Positions 44,408 through 53,388 of a stretch of 64,000 nt of DNA are shown here, in pieces. Under the pieces are notes generated by a model. That model did no database searches and was not told the origin of the DNA. It was given only the letters and a program-made list of their open reading frames with translations. The stretch's first letter is position 1. Every line of letters starts with the position of its first letter. The DNA lies in contig DASSQR010000096.1 in the NCBI GenBank assembly GCA_035702405.1, forward strand, positions 2,037 through 66,036, given 5' to 3'. The stretch is from Gallionella sp. Its GTDB lineage: Bacteria; Pseudomonadota; Gammaproteobacteria; Burkholderiales; Gallionellaceae. Position numbers and translations under genes: made by a program.

Positions 44408-45559
44408 ATGCCGAAACAACCAGTGGTCATCGGTATTGTCGCGGGTGAAGCTTCGGGCGATCTGCTCGGCAGTTATTTGATTGCTGCCCTCAAGGCGGTG
44501 CGGCCCGACTTGAAGTTTGTCGGCATTGGCGGACCGCGGATGCAGACGGCCGGTATGGAGATACTGTTTCCGGCAGAAAAACTTGCGGTGAATGGCTATG
44601 TCGAAGCGCTGCGCCATTATCGCGAAATCATCGGCATTCGCAACGACCTGAAGAAGTATCTGCTGGCTAATCGGCCCGCATTGTTCATTGGCGTGGATGC
44701 GCCGGACTTCAACCTCGATCTCGAGCTAGCGCTCAAGCGGCGCGGCATTCCGACCATTCATTACGTCAGTCCTTCGATCTGGGCCTGGCGCGGCGAGCGC
44801 ATCAAGAAGATCAAGCGCGCCGTATCGCACATGCTCGCATTGTTCCCGCACGAACCCGGAATCTACCAGCAGGCCGGGGTACCGGTCGATTATGTCGGTC
44901 ACCCGCTCGCGGACCTGTTTCCCGAGCAACCGGATCGCGAGAAGATGCGCGAGACCATGAAGATTCCGGCGACTGCCAAGGTATTTGCGTTGCTGCCCGG
45001 CAGCCGCCAGAGCGAAGTCAGGCAGCTGGCTCACACTTATATCCAGACCGCCATGCTGATCCTGAAGCAGCATCCGGATGCTCGGTTCCTCGTGCCGCTG
45101 GCGACCCGCGAAACTCGCACTATTTTTGAGCAGGCGCTCTATCACTGCGATGCCGAGCAACTGCCGTTCACCCTGCTGTTCGGTCATGCCCATGATGCGA
45201 TGATTGCAGCCGATGGTGTCCTGGTGGCTTCGGGAACGGCCACGCTGGAGTGCGCGCTGCTCAAGCGCCCGATGGTGATTACCTACCGCCTGCCGCCGCT
45301 GTCTTGGCGGCTGATGAAGCGCAAGAGTTACCTGCCGTACGTCGGGTTGCCCAATATCCTGTGCGGACGCTTTGTGGTGCCGGAACTACTGCAGGATGAT
45401 GCCACGCCGGAAAATCTCGCGCAGGCACTGCTCAATCTGGTTCACGACAAGGATGCGGTGATGCAACTGGAACAGACCTTTACCGCATTGCACCAGACGC
45501 TGCGGCAGAATACTTCGCAGAAAGCGGCAGCGGCGATCCTGCCGTATCTGCCAAGCTAA
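44408..45559 (+). CDS. lpxB: Lipid-A-disaccharide synthase
   Basis: AGEASGDLLG, DAPDFN, YVSPSIWAWR, LLPGSR, SGTATLE, LPNIL. Confidence 0.97.
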   Translation: MPKQPVVIGIVAGEASGDLLGSYLIAALKAVRPDLKFVGIGGPRMQTAGMEILFPAEKLAVNGYVEALRHYREIIGIRNDLKKYLLANRPALFIGVDAPDFNLDLELALKRRGIPTIHYVSPSIWAWRGERIKKIKRAVSHMLALFPHEPGIYQQAGVPVDYVGHPLADLFPEQPDREKMRETMKIPATAKVFALLPGSRQSEVRQLAHTYIQTAMLILKQHPDARFLVPLATRETRTIFEQALYHCDAEQLPFTLLFGHAHDAMIAADGVLVASGTATLECALLKRPMVITYRLPPLSWRLMKRKSYLPYVGLPNILCGRFVVPELLQDDATPENLAQALLNLVHDKDAVMQLEQTFTALHQTLRQNTSQKAAAAILPYLPS

Positions 45560-45560
45560 A

Positions 45561-45583
45561 AACCCTCTCTCCCGCTTGCGGGA
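45561..45583. repeat. Truncated CCCTCTCCC-type palindromic repeat
   Basis: AACCCTCTCTCCCGCTTGCGGGA matches the inverse of the repeat at 47399-47434. Confidence 0.6.
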
Positions 45584-45679
45584 TAACCAGCGACTTGGCG
45601 GCTTTGCCGCCTGGTCGAATGGCTAGTAGTTTTATCAGAGGGCAGCCGACAGGCTGGCAGAAGATTAGAGGAGAGAAAA

Positions 45680-46261
45680 ATTACACAAACAACCATCCTG
45701 ATTTGCGGCGTCGATGAAGCCGGGCGTGGCCCGCTGGCCGGACCGGTGAGCGCAGCCGCAGTGATCCTCGATCCGATGAAGCCGATCGAAGGGCTGGCCG
45801 ATTCCAAAAAACTTTCCGAGCTGCAGCGCGACCGGCTCGCGCCCATTATTCGCGAGCGCGCACTCGCCTGGGCGGTGGCTTTCGCCGAAGTCGAGGAAAT
45901 CGACCGGATCAATATCTTTCAGGCCACGTTGCTCGCGATGCGTCGCGCGGTGGCAGCATTGCCGATGCAGCCGCAGCAGGTGCTAGTGGATGGCCTGCAT
46001 TGCCCGGACACTGGTATCCCCAGCCAGGCGATCGTGCAGGGCGATAGCAAAGTCGAAGCGATTTCCGCAGCATCGATTCTGGCGAAAACTGCGCGCGACG
46101 CCTTGATGCTGCAGCTGCACGCACAATACCCGCACTACGGTTTCGCGTCTCACAAAGGCTATCCTACCTCCGCACATTTTGAGGCATTGCGCGTTCACGG
46201 TGTCTCGGCGGTGCACCGCAAGAGTTTCAAACCGGTGCGCGATCTGTTGGTGAAAGAGTAA
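45680..46261 (+). CDS. rnhB: Ribonuclease HII (probable non-canonical ATT start)
   Basis: [24 protein letters not shown]...I.AASILAK, HKGYPT. No in-frame ATG/GTG/TTG between the stop at 45584-45586 and the catalytic motif. GAGGAG at 45668-45673 sits 6 nt before ATT 45680. The start position is inferred. Confidence 0.88.
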   Translation: MTQTTILICGVDEAGRGPLAGPVSAAAVILDPMKPIEGLADSKKLSELQRDRLAPIIRERALAWAVAFAEVEEIDRINIFQATLLAMRRAVAALPMQPQQVLVDGLHCPDTGIPSQAIVQGDSKVEAISAASILAKTARDALMLQLHAQYPHYGFASHKGYPTSAHFEALRVHGVSAVHRKSFKPVRDLLVKE

Positions 46262-46411
46262 CCGCCTGAACTGGTACGTGCACGGTGCCCGGCGCACCAC
46301 AAGGTTCGTTGTTTGCCTTCGATCCGGTATTCCCATGATGGCAGCCACGTAGAAGATCGGGTGACTTTTCGGTATCGTATCTGGCTGTTATCAACCAACT
46401 AGTAAACAACC

Positions 46412-46867
46412 ATGGCTTTATTCCAGCTGCTCCATTTGCTCGCTGCCCTGATCTGGGTCGGCGGCATGTTTTTCGCCTACGTCGTGCTGCGTCCGGCGGC
46501 AGTGCAAATACTCGAACCGCCGCAGCGGCTCCGTTTATGGCACTCCGTCTTCACGCGCTTTTTCGTATGGGTCTGGAGCGCGATCGTGGTATTGCTGGTC
46601 ACCGGGTTCTACCTGATCTACCTCTTCGGTGGCATGGGTCATGCGCCGCGTCATGTTCATATCATGCTGACACTGGGGATCGTGATGATCGCAATCTTCG
46701 TCTACGTGTTCCGTGGCTGCTACGTCCCGCTGGGTCAGTATGTCTCGCAGCAGCGCTGGGAAGACGCCGGCCAGATGCTGGGTCGGATCCGCAAACTGGT
46801 TGCGGCAAACCTGACCCTTGGCCTGACGACCGTTGCGGTGGCGACCATTGGCAGATTCTGGGGTTAA
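46412..46867 (+). CDS. CopD/DUF2269-like four-TM membrane protein
   Basis: HLLAALIWVGGMFF motif and four hydrophobic segments. Confidence 0.75.
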   Translation: MALFQLLHLLAALIWVGGMFFAYVVLRPAAVQILEPPQRLRLWHSVFTRFFVWVWSAIVVLLVTGFYLIYLFGGMGHAPRHVHIMLTLGIVMIAIFVYVFRGCYVPLGQYVSQQRWEDAGQMLGRIRKLVAANLTLGLTTVAVATIGRFWG

Positions 46868-46888
46868 TTGCATCAACAGGAGTGGATT

Positions 46889-47137
46889 ATGAATGCGGGC
46901 AGGATTTTCAGTATCACAATTTTTGCGCTGGCAGGCTTGCTGGTTGGCTATGCCATTTTCGGCCGATGGGGTGGGGAGTACGTCAGCCTGAAGGTGCTGT
47001 TTTCGTTTGACGGAAATCCGTTCCAGAAGGCCTTCCGTATGATCTCGGGTATCGATGACATGCGCGACAAAGTCTTGCTCTGCAGCGCGATCGGCGCGGT
47101 TGTGGGCGCATTCACACCTTGGCGGCAGAAAACCTGA
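46889..47137 (+). CDS. Small hypothetical membrane protein
   Basis: GGAG RBS, two hydrophobic segments, normal codon usage. Confidence 0.65.
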   Translation: MNAGRIFSITIFALAGLLVGYAIFGRWGGEYVSLKVLFSFDGNPFQKAFRMISGIDDMRDKVLLCSAIGAVVGAFTPWRQKT

Positions 47138-47364
47138 CCGGGTAAACCGGTGAGCGGTGGCTGGACCAATGGTGACCAGTCGATTGCCAGGTCGTCACCC
47201 GCCCGCGCCGCAGCGACTAGACGCGGAGTGCTTCGTATTCGGATATCCGCTACGTGGAGCCGCTGATGGCGGAGGACGAGGCGGCTGGTAAATTACTTCA
47301 ACAAGTATTATGGGGTGGCGAAGTAGTCCGCGGTCTTGGGTGGCGCAGTGAGTACCCTCTCTCC

Positions 47365-47434
47365 AACTCTCTCCCGGAGGGAGAGAGGGCAATAAATTCC
47401 CTCTCCCGCAAGCGGGAGAGGGTTAGGGAGAGGG
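47365..47434. repeat. Inverted doublet of CCCTCTCCC-type hairpin repeats
   Basis: CCCTCTCTCCAACTCTCTCCCGGAGGGAGAGAGGG ... CCCTCTCCCGCAAGCGGGAGAGGGTTAGGGAGAGGG between convergent genes. Confidence 0.8.
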
Positions 47435-47441
47435 CTGATAG

Positions 47442-48038
47442 CTACTCGCCCAGCTTCATCCGCCGCACGTAGTGGCAGGTATAGCCGTGCGGGTGCTTGA
47501 CCAGATATTTCTGGTGATATTCCTCGGCGCGGTAGAACTCCTTGAACGGCACCACCTCGGTGACTATTCTGGCGTGCCAGTCGCCGGAAGCATCCACGGT
47601 GCGGATGACTTCCCAGGCAGTGCGCCGCTGTTCCTCGTCCACGTAGAAAATCGCGGAACGGTATTGCGAGCCGACATCATTGCCTTGCCGGTCGAGCGTG
47701 GTCGGGTCGTGCATGCGGAAAAATTCGAACAGCAGGTGGCGGTAGCTGAGCTGCTGCGGATCGAACACGATTTTCAGCGATTCGGCATGGCCGGTGCGGC
47801 CGGTCTTTACCTGCTCGTAGGTGGCGTCCGGTGTGTCGCCGCCGGTGTAGCCGACCTCGGTCGAAATCACGCCGGGAATCTGGCGCACCAGCTCTTCCAT
47901 GCCCCAGAAGCAGCCGCCAGAGAGGTAGGTGGTCTGTGATCGGATATTATCGTTTGCGGTCACGGTAGCTCCTTTCGGTTGGGCGGAGGTGGCTGCTGCG
48001 AAAAGGGTCAGCAGCAGGAACACGATGAGGCGGTGCAT
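47442..48038 (-). CDS. msrA: Peptide-methionine (S)-S-oxide reductase with signal peptide
   Basis: [40 protein letters not shown]; N-terminal SPI-type leader. Confidence 0.93.
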   Translation of the reverse strand: MHRLIVFLLLTLFAAATSAQPKGATVTANDNIRSQTTYLSGGCFWGMEELVRQIPGVISTEVGYTGGDTPDATYEQVKTGRTGHAESLKIVFDPQQLSYRHLLFEFFRMHDPTTLDRQGNDVGSQYRSAIFYVDEEQRRTAWEVIRTVDASGDWHARIVTEVVPFKEFYRAEEYHQKYLVKHPHGYTCHYVRRMKLGE

Positions 48039-48103
48039 GTTAGCGTTATATCTGGTTTGCCGGTAGCTTCGGGCCGTTGTTCAAAACGAATCTTTCCTGA
48101 ACG

Positions 48104-48538
48104 TTACGGATTCTCGGCCGCGCGTTTGAGCGCTTCATTCATCGCAATGAAGCCTTGTCTGGTGGTGCCGTCCAGTGAGCGCCTGAAAAGGGGCACAAGG
48201 ATCCCGGTGAAGATTTCTCCCTGCCGGAAGGTGACCCCGACGCCGGGCCTGCTCTCCAGCAGGAAATAATGCTCGCCATCAAACAGGCCGGGAAGGAGGA
48301 GTTTTCCTTTCCAGCGCAGTTCGCGGTTCGGTTCTGCCGCGAGCACCTTCGGCCGGAACAGCATGCCGTTTGCGCCGGGTGGCTGGATGAATACCTTCAG
48401 CGATTGCCCTATCCCGGGGATGCCTTCGATGGAAGGGATAAACGGGTTCCAGTGGGAATGGGAGGGGAAATCGACGAGCAGCGACCAGACCCGCTCGGCG
48501 GGGGCTTCAATTTCGATCTGGGTTTCGAGTTTGTGCAT
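48104..48538 (-). CDS. SRPBCC (START-like) family protein
   Basis: IEIEAPAERVWSLLVDF..WNPF, FDGEH.F, GF.AMNEALK. Confidence 0.85.
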   Translation of the reverse strand: MHKLETQIEIEAPAERVWSLLVDFPSHSHWNPFIPSIEGIPGIGQSLKVFIQPPGANGMLFRPKVLAAEPNRELRWKGKLLLPGLFDGEHYFLLESRPGVGVTFRQGEIFTGILVPLFRRSLDGTTRQGFIAMNEALKRAAENP

Positions 48539-48719
48539 GATGGTGAGCTGTGTTTAAAGTAAGCGCAATCGCAGTGCGTGGAATTCTTCCTCGGCTCCAG
48601 ATGAGCGTATTGCTATGAGTATTCAAAGCTCGGCTTGTAGCCTTTCATCTCTGTCGCCTTGTCATGCTGCTCCTAGCTTTTGGACTGAAGCATACAGTTT
48701 CCATAGACCTTATCTTGTT

Positions 48720-49298
48720 CTAAGTAACGCATATGCTGACCTCGACATGCTTGCCGGTGCTCATAAATTTGATTCCAAGGTAATGATCGTCTTTGCCTGG
48801 TTCGGTCCGAGTAAATGATTTTTTATACTGAAGTACGGGCATTGATCTAAGCGCATTTTGCTCTTCACTATTTCCCATGGGATCACCCTTTTCAAGGCGA
48901 GAGTCAGTTGCGATTTCGGCAAGCAGAGTGGAGTAGTCTGAGGGAGAAAGCTCAATTCTTGAATATGAGCAGTAATCTCCATGGAAGTCTGGATAAGAGG
49001 CACTCTTTGCAACGACGTTAGACGATTTTGGCGGCTCTCTGAGGGTAACTTCCTTAAACTCGGAAAGAAAGAAACCATCATTTGGATAGATAGCGGTATA
49101 GGTCGAGTACGTGAGAAAAATGAATAGCCCCAGGTACGTGCCATATTTTGCTCGGATACCCCACTTGATTTGATCCTGTCGTCCTGGGGTGGCGAGTCGC
49201 GTGAGGTATTCAGCCAGTTTTCCGAGCAAAAAAACAATAGCCAGCACTGGAAGCAGAACCAGCAGAAGGCCAAATGCGACAAAACCTAAGAAGTCCAT
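48720..49298 (-). CDS. Hypothetical AT-rich membrane-anchored protein
   Basis: 192-aa ORF with two N-terminal hydrophobic segments; composition differs from neighbours; no motif recognised. Confidence 0.6.
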   Translation of the reverse strand: MDFLGFVAFGLLLVLLPVLAIVFLLGKLAEYLTRLATPGRQDQIKWGIRAKYGTYLGLFIFLTYSTYTAIYPNDGFFLSEFKEVTLREPPKSSNVVAKSASYPDFHGDYCSYSRIELSPSDYSTLLAEIATDSRLEKGDPMGNSEEQNALRSMPVLQYKKSFTRTEPGKDDHYLGIKFMSTGKHVEVSICVT

Positions 49299-49373
49299 TT
49301 ATGTGATATTGCGTTGAATAATTCGGTGTCGGCCTACTCGCCCGTTTGTGGCTGCGGCCGCTAGCATTTGCGA

Positions 49374-49399
49374 GCTTAACTTCGCTGCGCGAAGTTAGC
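49374..49399. repeat. Hairpin/palindrome downstream of smpB
   Basis: GCTTAACTTCGC-TGC-GCGAAGTTAGC. Confidence 0.6.
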
Positions 49400-49423
49400 C
49401 TGCGCCGCAAGCGCGCTGCCTGA

Positions 49424-49873
49424 CTATCGGCGTTCCTTTTTCATGGCCTGTGCCGCCTCACGCTTGGCGTCCTTTTCCTTCTCCGTTGCGCGCTTGTCGT
49501 GCTGCTTTTTGCCCTTGGCCAGGCCGACATCCAGTTTGACGCGGCCGTTTTTGTAGTGCATGTCGAGCGGCATCAGGGTGTAGCCGGCGCGTTGCGCCTT
49601 GCCGATGATCTTGTCGATTTCTTCCTTGTGCAGCAGCAGCTTGCGGGTGCGCACCGGGTCGGGGTGGATGTGGGTGGAAGCGTTCTGCAGCGGGCTGATG
49701 TGGGAACCGAACAGGTAGAGTGCGCCGTCTTTCACCGTGACGTAGGCTTCCTTGAGCTGCACGCGGCCGGCGCGGATGGCCTTGACTTCCCAGCCTTCGA
49801 GCATGAGGCCGGCTTCGTATTTATCCTCGATGAAGTAGTCGTGATAGGCTTTTTTATTCTGGATGATGCTCAT
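49424..49873 (-). CDS. smpB: SsrA-binding protein
   Basis: [37 protein letters not shown]. Confidence 0.97.
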   Translation of the reverse strand: MSIIQNKKAYHDYFIEDKYEAGLMLEGWEVKAIRAGRVQLKEAYVTVKDGALYLFGSHISPLQNASTHIHPDPVRTRKLLLHKEEIDKIIGKAQRAGYTLMPLDMHYKNGRVKLDVGLAKGKKQHDKRATEKEKDAKREAAQAMKKERR

Positions 49874-49876
49874 TGT

Positions 49877-50147
49877 GAACCTCTGATTAAGCCCGGCATG
49901 ACCGCGCACTCGCCTTTGCGGGATGGGATGCAAGGAAGGCGACAACGCGAATGGTCATTCCCTTCGCTAGGAGCCTGACGCCGCAGACCGCCCGCAAAGG
50001 CAGTGCCCATGCGGGTTGCGCAAAATTTGTGCGTCTGCGTTGCCGCTCGCCTTGCGAATATGCTGTGGCTATTCGACGCGGCTTGCTTCCGGCATCCATC
50101 ACAAATTTGGCAGCAACGCGGTTCATGGCGGGTTTAATTAGAGGTTC
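49877..50147. mobile_element. MITE-like element with ~31-bp terminal inverted repeats and two inverted ERIC-like cores
   Basis: GAACCTCTGATTAAGCCCGGCATGACCGCG at 49877 versus CGCGGTTCATGGCGGGTTTAATTAGAGGTTC ending 50147; internal GCAAGG..hairpin..TGACGCCGCAG and inverted GCAACGCAG/GAATA-TATTC core. Confidence 0.75.
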
Positions 50148-50323
50148 CTAGTGAGTTTTGCGGTGTGTTCGGCTATTCTACCAGCCTTTGGAATTGCAGC
50201 AGGGCTGAAGGCGGTACTTTTGGAGCTGGTTCCGGACGGCAAACACCGCACCGGGCAATGGCAGGAAGGCGGTGTAGATCCTGCGGTTCAGGCAACAACA
50301 TATCGCAGACAGGGCAGATTGGA

Positions 50324-50764
50324 ATGGCGTTAGTAGAAAAATCAGTGTTGGTCGCGCATAGCGCAGACCAGATGTTCAACCTGGTGGACCGCGTGGAGGA
50401 ATACCCGCAGTTCCTGCCCTGGTGCGGCGGTGCGAATGTCAAGCTGCTGGAGGATGGCTCGACGGTGCACGCTACGGTGCATATCAATTATCACCACATC
50501 AAGCAGCATTTCACCACCGAAAACGTGCGCATGGCGCCGCACCAGATCGACATGACGTTGCAGGAGGGGCCGTTCAAACAACTTGACGGTCACTGGCGAT
50601 TTATCCCGTTGGGCGATTCAGCCTGTAAAATAGAGTTCCGCCTGCACTACGAGTTTTCCAGCAAGCTGCTGGAAAAGCTGGTTGGGCCGGTGTTTCATTT
50701 CATCACCAATAGTTTTGTGGATGCTTTCATCCACCGTGCAGATAAAATTTATACGAATTCATGA
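50324..50764 (+). CDS. ratA: Ribosome association toxin RatA/PasT (SRPBCC/Coq10-like)
   Basis: LVAHSADQMFNLVD.VEEYPQFLPWC, GPFKQLDG.W.F; conserved smpB-ratA-rnfH context. Confidence 0.9.
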   Translation: MALVEKSVLVAHSADQMFNLVDRVEEYPQFLPWCGGANVKLLEDGSTVHATVHINYHHIKQHFTTENVRMAPHQIDMTLQEGPFKQLDGHWRFIPLGDSACKIEFRLHYEFSSKLLEKLVGPVFHFITNSFVDAFIHRADKIYTNS

Positions 50765-51072
50765 GCGAAAAAATCAATATCGAAGTGATCTATGCGCTGC
50801 CCCACGAGCAAAAACTGCTGAAGCAGCAACTGCCGGCGGGGACGACTCTGCTCCAGGCGGTTCAGGCCAGCGGTGTGCTGGAACGGTATCCCGAGCTCGA
50901 CCCGGCTACGGCCAAGTTCGGTATCTTCGGCAAGCTGGCCAAGGCCGATACCGTGTTGCGCGACAAGGATCGCATTGAAATCTACCGTCCACTGATCGCC
51001 GATCCCAAGGAAGTGCGCCGCAAGCGCGCCGAAGAAGGCAAAGTGATGAAGAAGGGCGGCGGCGAGGTTTGA
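50761..51072 (+). CDS. rnfH: RnfH/RatB ubiquitin-like protein
   Basis: IEVIYALP, GIFGK, DRIEIYRPLIADPKE.RR. Confidence 0.9.
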   Translation: MSEKINIEVIYALPHEQKLLKQQLPAGTTLLQAVQASGVLERYPELDPATAKFGIFGKLAKADTVLRDKDRIEIYRPLIADPKEVRRKRAEEGKVMKKGGGEV

Positions 51073-51151
51073 AGACCTTCCGTCAATCTGCTCTGCAGGT
51101 GGCTTGCGGCGTCACGAGATCGAATTTCCGGTTCGGGATGGTGGGACGCTG

Positions 51152-52060
51152 ATGCTGAATTACGACCTGCATTGCCATTCCAGTACTTCCGATGGCACGC
51201 TGACTCCAACCGAGGTGGTGCGGCGCGCGGCTGCGCGCGGGGTGAAGGTATTGGCCCTGACCGACCATGATGATGTGGACGGGCTGGCCGAGGGGCGCGC
51301 CGCGGCCGAACAGCACGGCATGATCTTCGTTGACGCGGTGGAGATTTCCGTATCGTGGCGCAGCCATACGCTGCACATCGTCGGCCTGGGGATCGATCCG
51401 ACGTATCCTCCCTTGGTTGCCGGTCTGCAATCCTTGCGCGCCGGGCGTGGCGAACGCGCGCAGCGCATGGCCGATTCTTTGGCCAAAGCCGGCATTGGTG
51501 GGGTGCTGCAAGGCGCGTACCGCTATGCGGAAAACCCCAATATGATCGGCCGCACGCACTTTGCGCGCTACCTCGTCGAGGCCGGGCACAGCAAGGACGT
51601 GAAGGGTGTCTTCAGCCGTTATCTGGTTAAGGGCAAGCCGGGCTATGTGTCGCATCAATGGGCGGCGCTCGCGGATGCGGTCGGCTGGATTCGCGGCAGC
51701 GGCGGCATCGCGGTGCTGGCGCATCCCGGCCGCTACATGACCGGGCGCCACCACATGGGCAAGCACACCATGCACGAATTGCTGGTCGAGTTCGTCGCAT
51801 GCGGCGGGCAGGCGCTCGAAGTGGTCACGGGTAGTCACACGCCGGAACAGTATGCCGAGTTTGCGCGCTACGCCGATGAGTTCGATTTGCTCGCATCGTG
51901 CGGCTCGGATTTTCATGGTCCTGCAGAGAGTTACCGGGACCTCGGGCGCATGCCCGATCTGCCGCTCAGCTGCCGGCCGGTGTGGGAGGAGCGGCAAGAC
52001 GGATTTGTGCTCAAGACACATCACTCGCCCTCGCCCAGACCGGTTTCTTCACACGCGTGA
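51152..52060 (+). CDS. PHP-domain protein (YciV/TrpH-like)
   Basis: DLHCHSSTSDG, ALTDHD, HIVGLG, VLAHP, GSDFHG. Confidence 0.9.
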   Translation: MLNYDLHCHSSTSDGTLTPTEVVRRAAARGVKVLALTDHDDVDGLAEGRAAAEQHGMIFVDAVEISVSWRSHTLHIVGLGIDPTYPPLVAGLQSLRAGRGERAQRMADSLAKAGIGGVLQGAYRYAENPNMIGRTHFARYLVEAGHSKDVKGVFSRYLVKGKPGYVSHQWAALADAVGWIRGSGGIAVLAHPGRYMTGRHHMGKHTMHELLVEFVACGGQALEVVTGSHTPEQYAEFARYADEFDLLASCGSDFHGPAESYRDLGRMPDLPLSCRPVWEERQDGFVLKTHHSPSPRPVSSHA

Positions 52061-52102
52061 GAAGACGCGTCAGTGCGCTTGAAGGTAAAATATTTATAGT
52101 CT

Positions 52103-52726
52103 ATGGCACAGTTCTTTACGATTCATCCCGATAATCCCAACGCCCGCCTGATTCGCCAGGCAGCGGCGATGCTGCGCGACGGCGGCATTGTGGTGTACCC
52201 TACCGATACCTGCTACGCGCTGGGCTGCCATCTGGACGACAAGGATGCGGTGATGCGCATCCGGCAGATTCGCAAGCTGGACGAGCAGCACCACTTCACG
52301 CTGATGTGCCGGGACTTGTCGGAGATTTCGCGTTACGCGCGCGTGGACAATACCAAGTTCCGTCTGCTGAAAGCGAACACGCCGGGCAATTACACCTTCA
52401 TTCTGGAGGCGACCAAGGAGGTGCCGCGCCGGTTGCAGCATCCGAAGCGCAGCACCATCGGCATCCGGGTTCCGGATCATCCGGTGGCGCTCGCGCTGCT
52501 CGAAGAAATGGGCGAACCGATTCTGAGTTCCACGCTGATTTTGCCGGATGCCGAATGGCCTCTGACGGATCCGGAGCGTATCCGCGAGTTGCTGGAGAAA
52601 CAGGTCGAACTGGTCATCGACGGCGGCGCGGTCGGGCTGGACTTCAGCACGGTGATCGATCTGACCGGCGAGGCGCCCGTGTTGCTGCGGCAGGGCAAGG
52701 GTGATGCTGCTCCATTTGGGATTTAA
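52103..52726 (+). CDS. SUA5/YciO family protein
   Basis: IHPDNP, VYPTDTCYALGC, TIGIRVPDH, STVIDL. Confidence 0.92.
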   Translation: MAQFFTIHPDNPNARLIRQAAAMLRDGGIVVYPTDTCYALGCHLDDKDAVMRIRQIRKLDEQHHFTLMCRDLSEISRYARVDNTKFRLLKANTPGNYTFILEATKEVPRRLQHPKRSTIGIRVPDHPVALALLEEMGEPILSSTLILPDAEWPLTDPERIRELLEKQVELVIDGGAVGLDFSTVIDLTGEAPVLLRQGKGDAAPFGI

Positions 52727-52733
52727 TTAATAA

Positions 52734-53381
52734 ATGCATATCGATCAGTTCATTCAGACCGTGACACTCGGGGCGATCCCGATCCTGTTTGCCATCACGC
52801 TGCACGAGGCGGCGCACGGCTACGTGGCGCGCCATTTCGGCGATATGACGGCTTACCAACAGGGGCGCATCAGCTTGAACCCGTTGCGCCATATCGATCC
52901 GGTCGGCACGGTCTTGCTGCCGCTTCTGACGTTGCTGCTGGGTGGGTTGCTGTTCGGCTGGGCCAAGCCGGTGCCGGTCAATTTCAGTGCGTTGCGCCAC
53001 CCCAAAAAGGACATGCTCTGGGTGGCGTTGGCCGGGCCCGCTTCAAATCTGGTGATGGCCTTGGGCTGGGCGCTGCTTTATAAAGTGACCTGGTGGTTTC
53101 CGGAAAACTATTATGCTGAGCCGATGCTGGGAATGGCGAGCATGGGGATACAGATCAATATCGTGCTGATGGTGTTGAACCTGCTGCCGCTGCCGCCGCT
53201 GGACGGTGGCCGGGTTGCGGTCAGTTTGCTGCCGCCGCGGCAGGCCTACAAGTTGTCAAGGATCGAGCCTTATGGAATGTTCATCCTGATCTTCCTGGCG
53301 GTTACGCCGCTGTTGGGTTTGATTCTGTCTCCGCTGGTTGCGCTGGTGGAAAGATTGATTACGTTGTTATTTGGAATTTGA
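52734..53381 (+). CDS. Site-2 protease family (M50) protein
   Basis: LHEAAHG, GWAKPVPV, AGPASN, NLLPLPPLDGG. Confidence 0.92.
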   Translation: MHIDQFIQTVTLGAIPILFAITLHEAAHGYVARHFGDMTAYQQGRISLNPLRHIDPVGTVLLPLLTLLLGGLLFGWAKPVPVNFSALRHPKKDMLWVALAGPASNLVMALGWALLYKVTWWFPENYYAEPMLGMASMGIQINIVLMVLNLLPLPPLDGGRVAVSLLPPRQAYKLSRIEPYGMFILIFLAVTPLLGLILSPLVALVERLITLLFGI

Positions 53382-53388
53382 GGAATCC

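Noticed and set aside
47140-47330. Possible gene fragment YSDIRYVEPLMAEDEA / LVNYFNKYYGVAK-stop joined by a +1 shift
   Set aside because: No start or recognisable family; cannot be supported without a tBLASTx search.
48040-49420. Integron attC-like sites around the accessory genes
   Set aside because: No paired RYYYAAC/GTTRRRY boxes with a proper bottom-strand stem; no integrase present.
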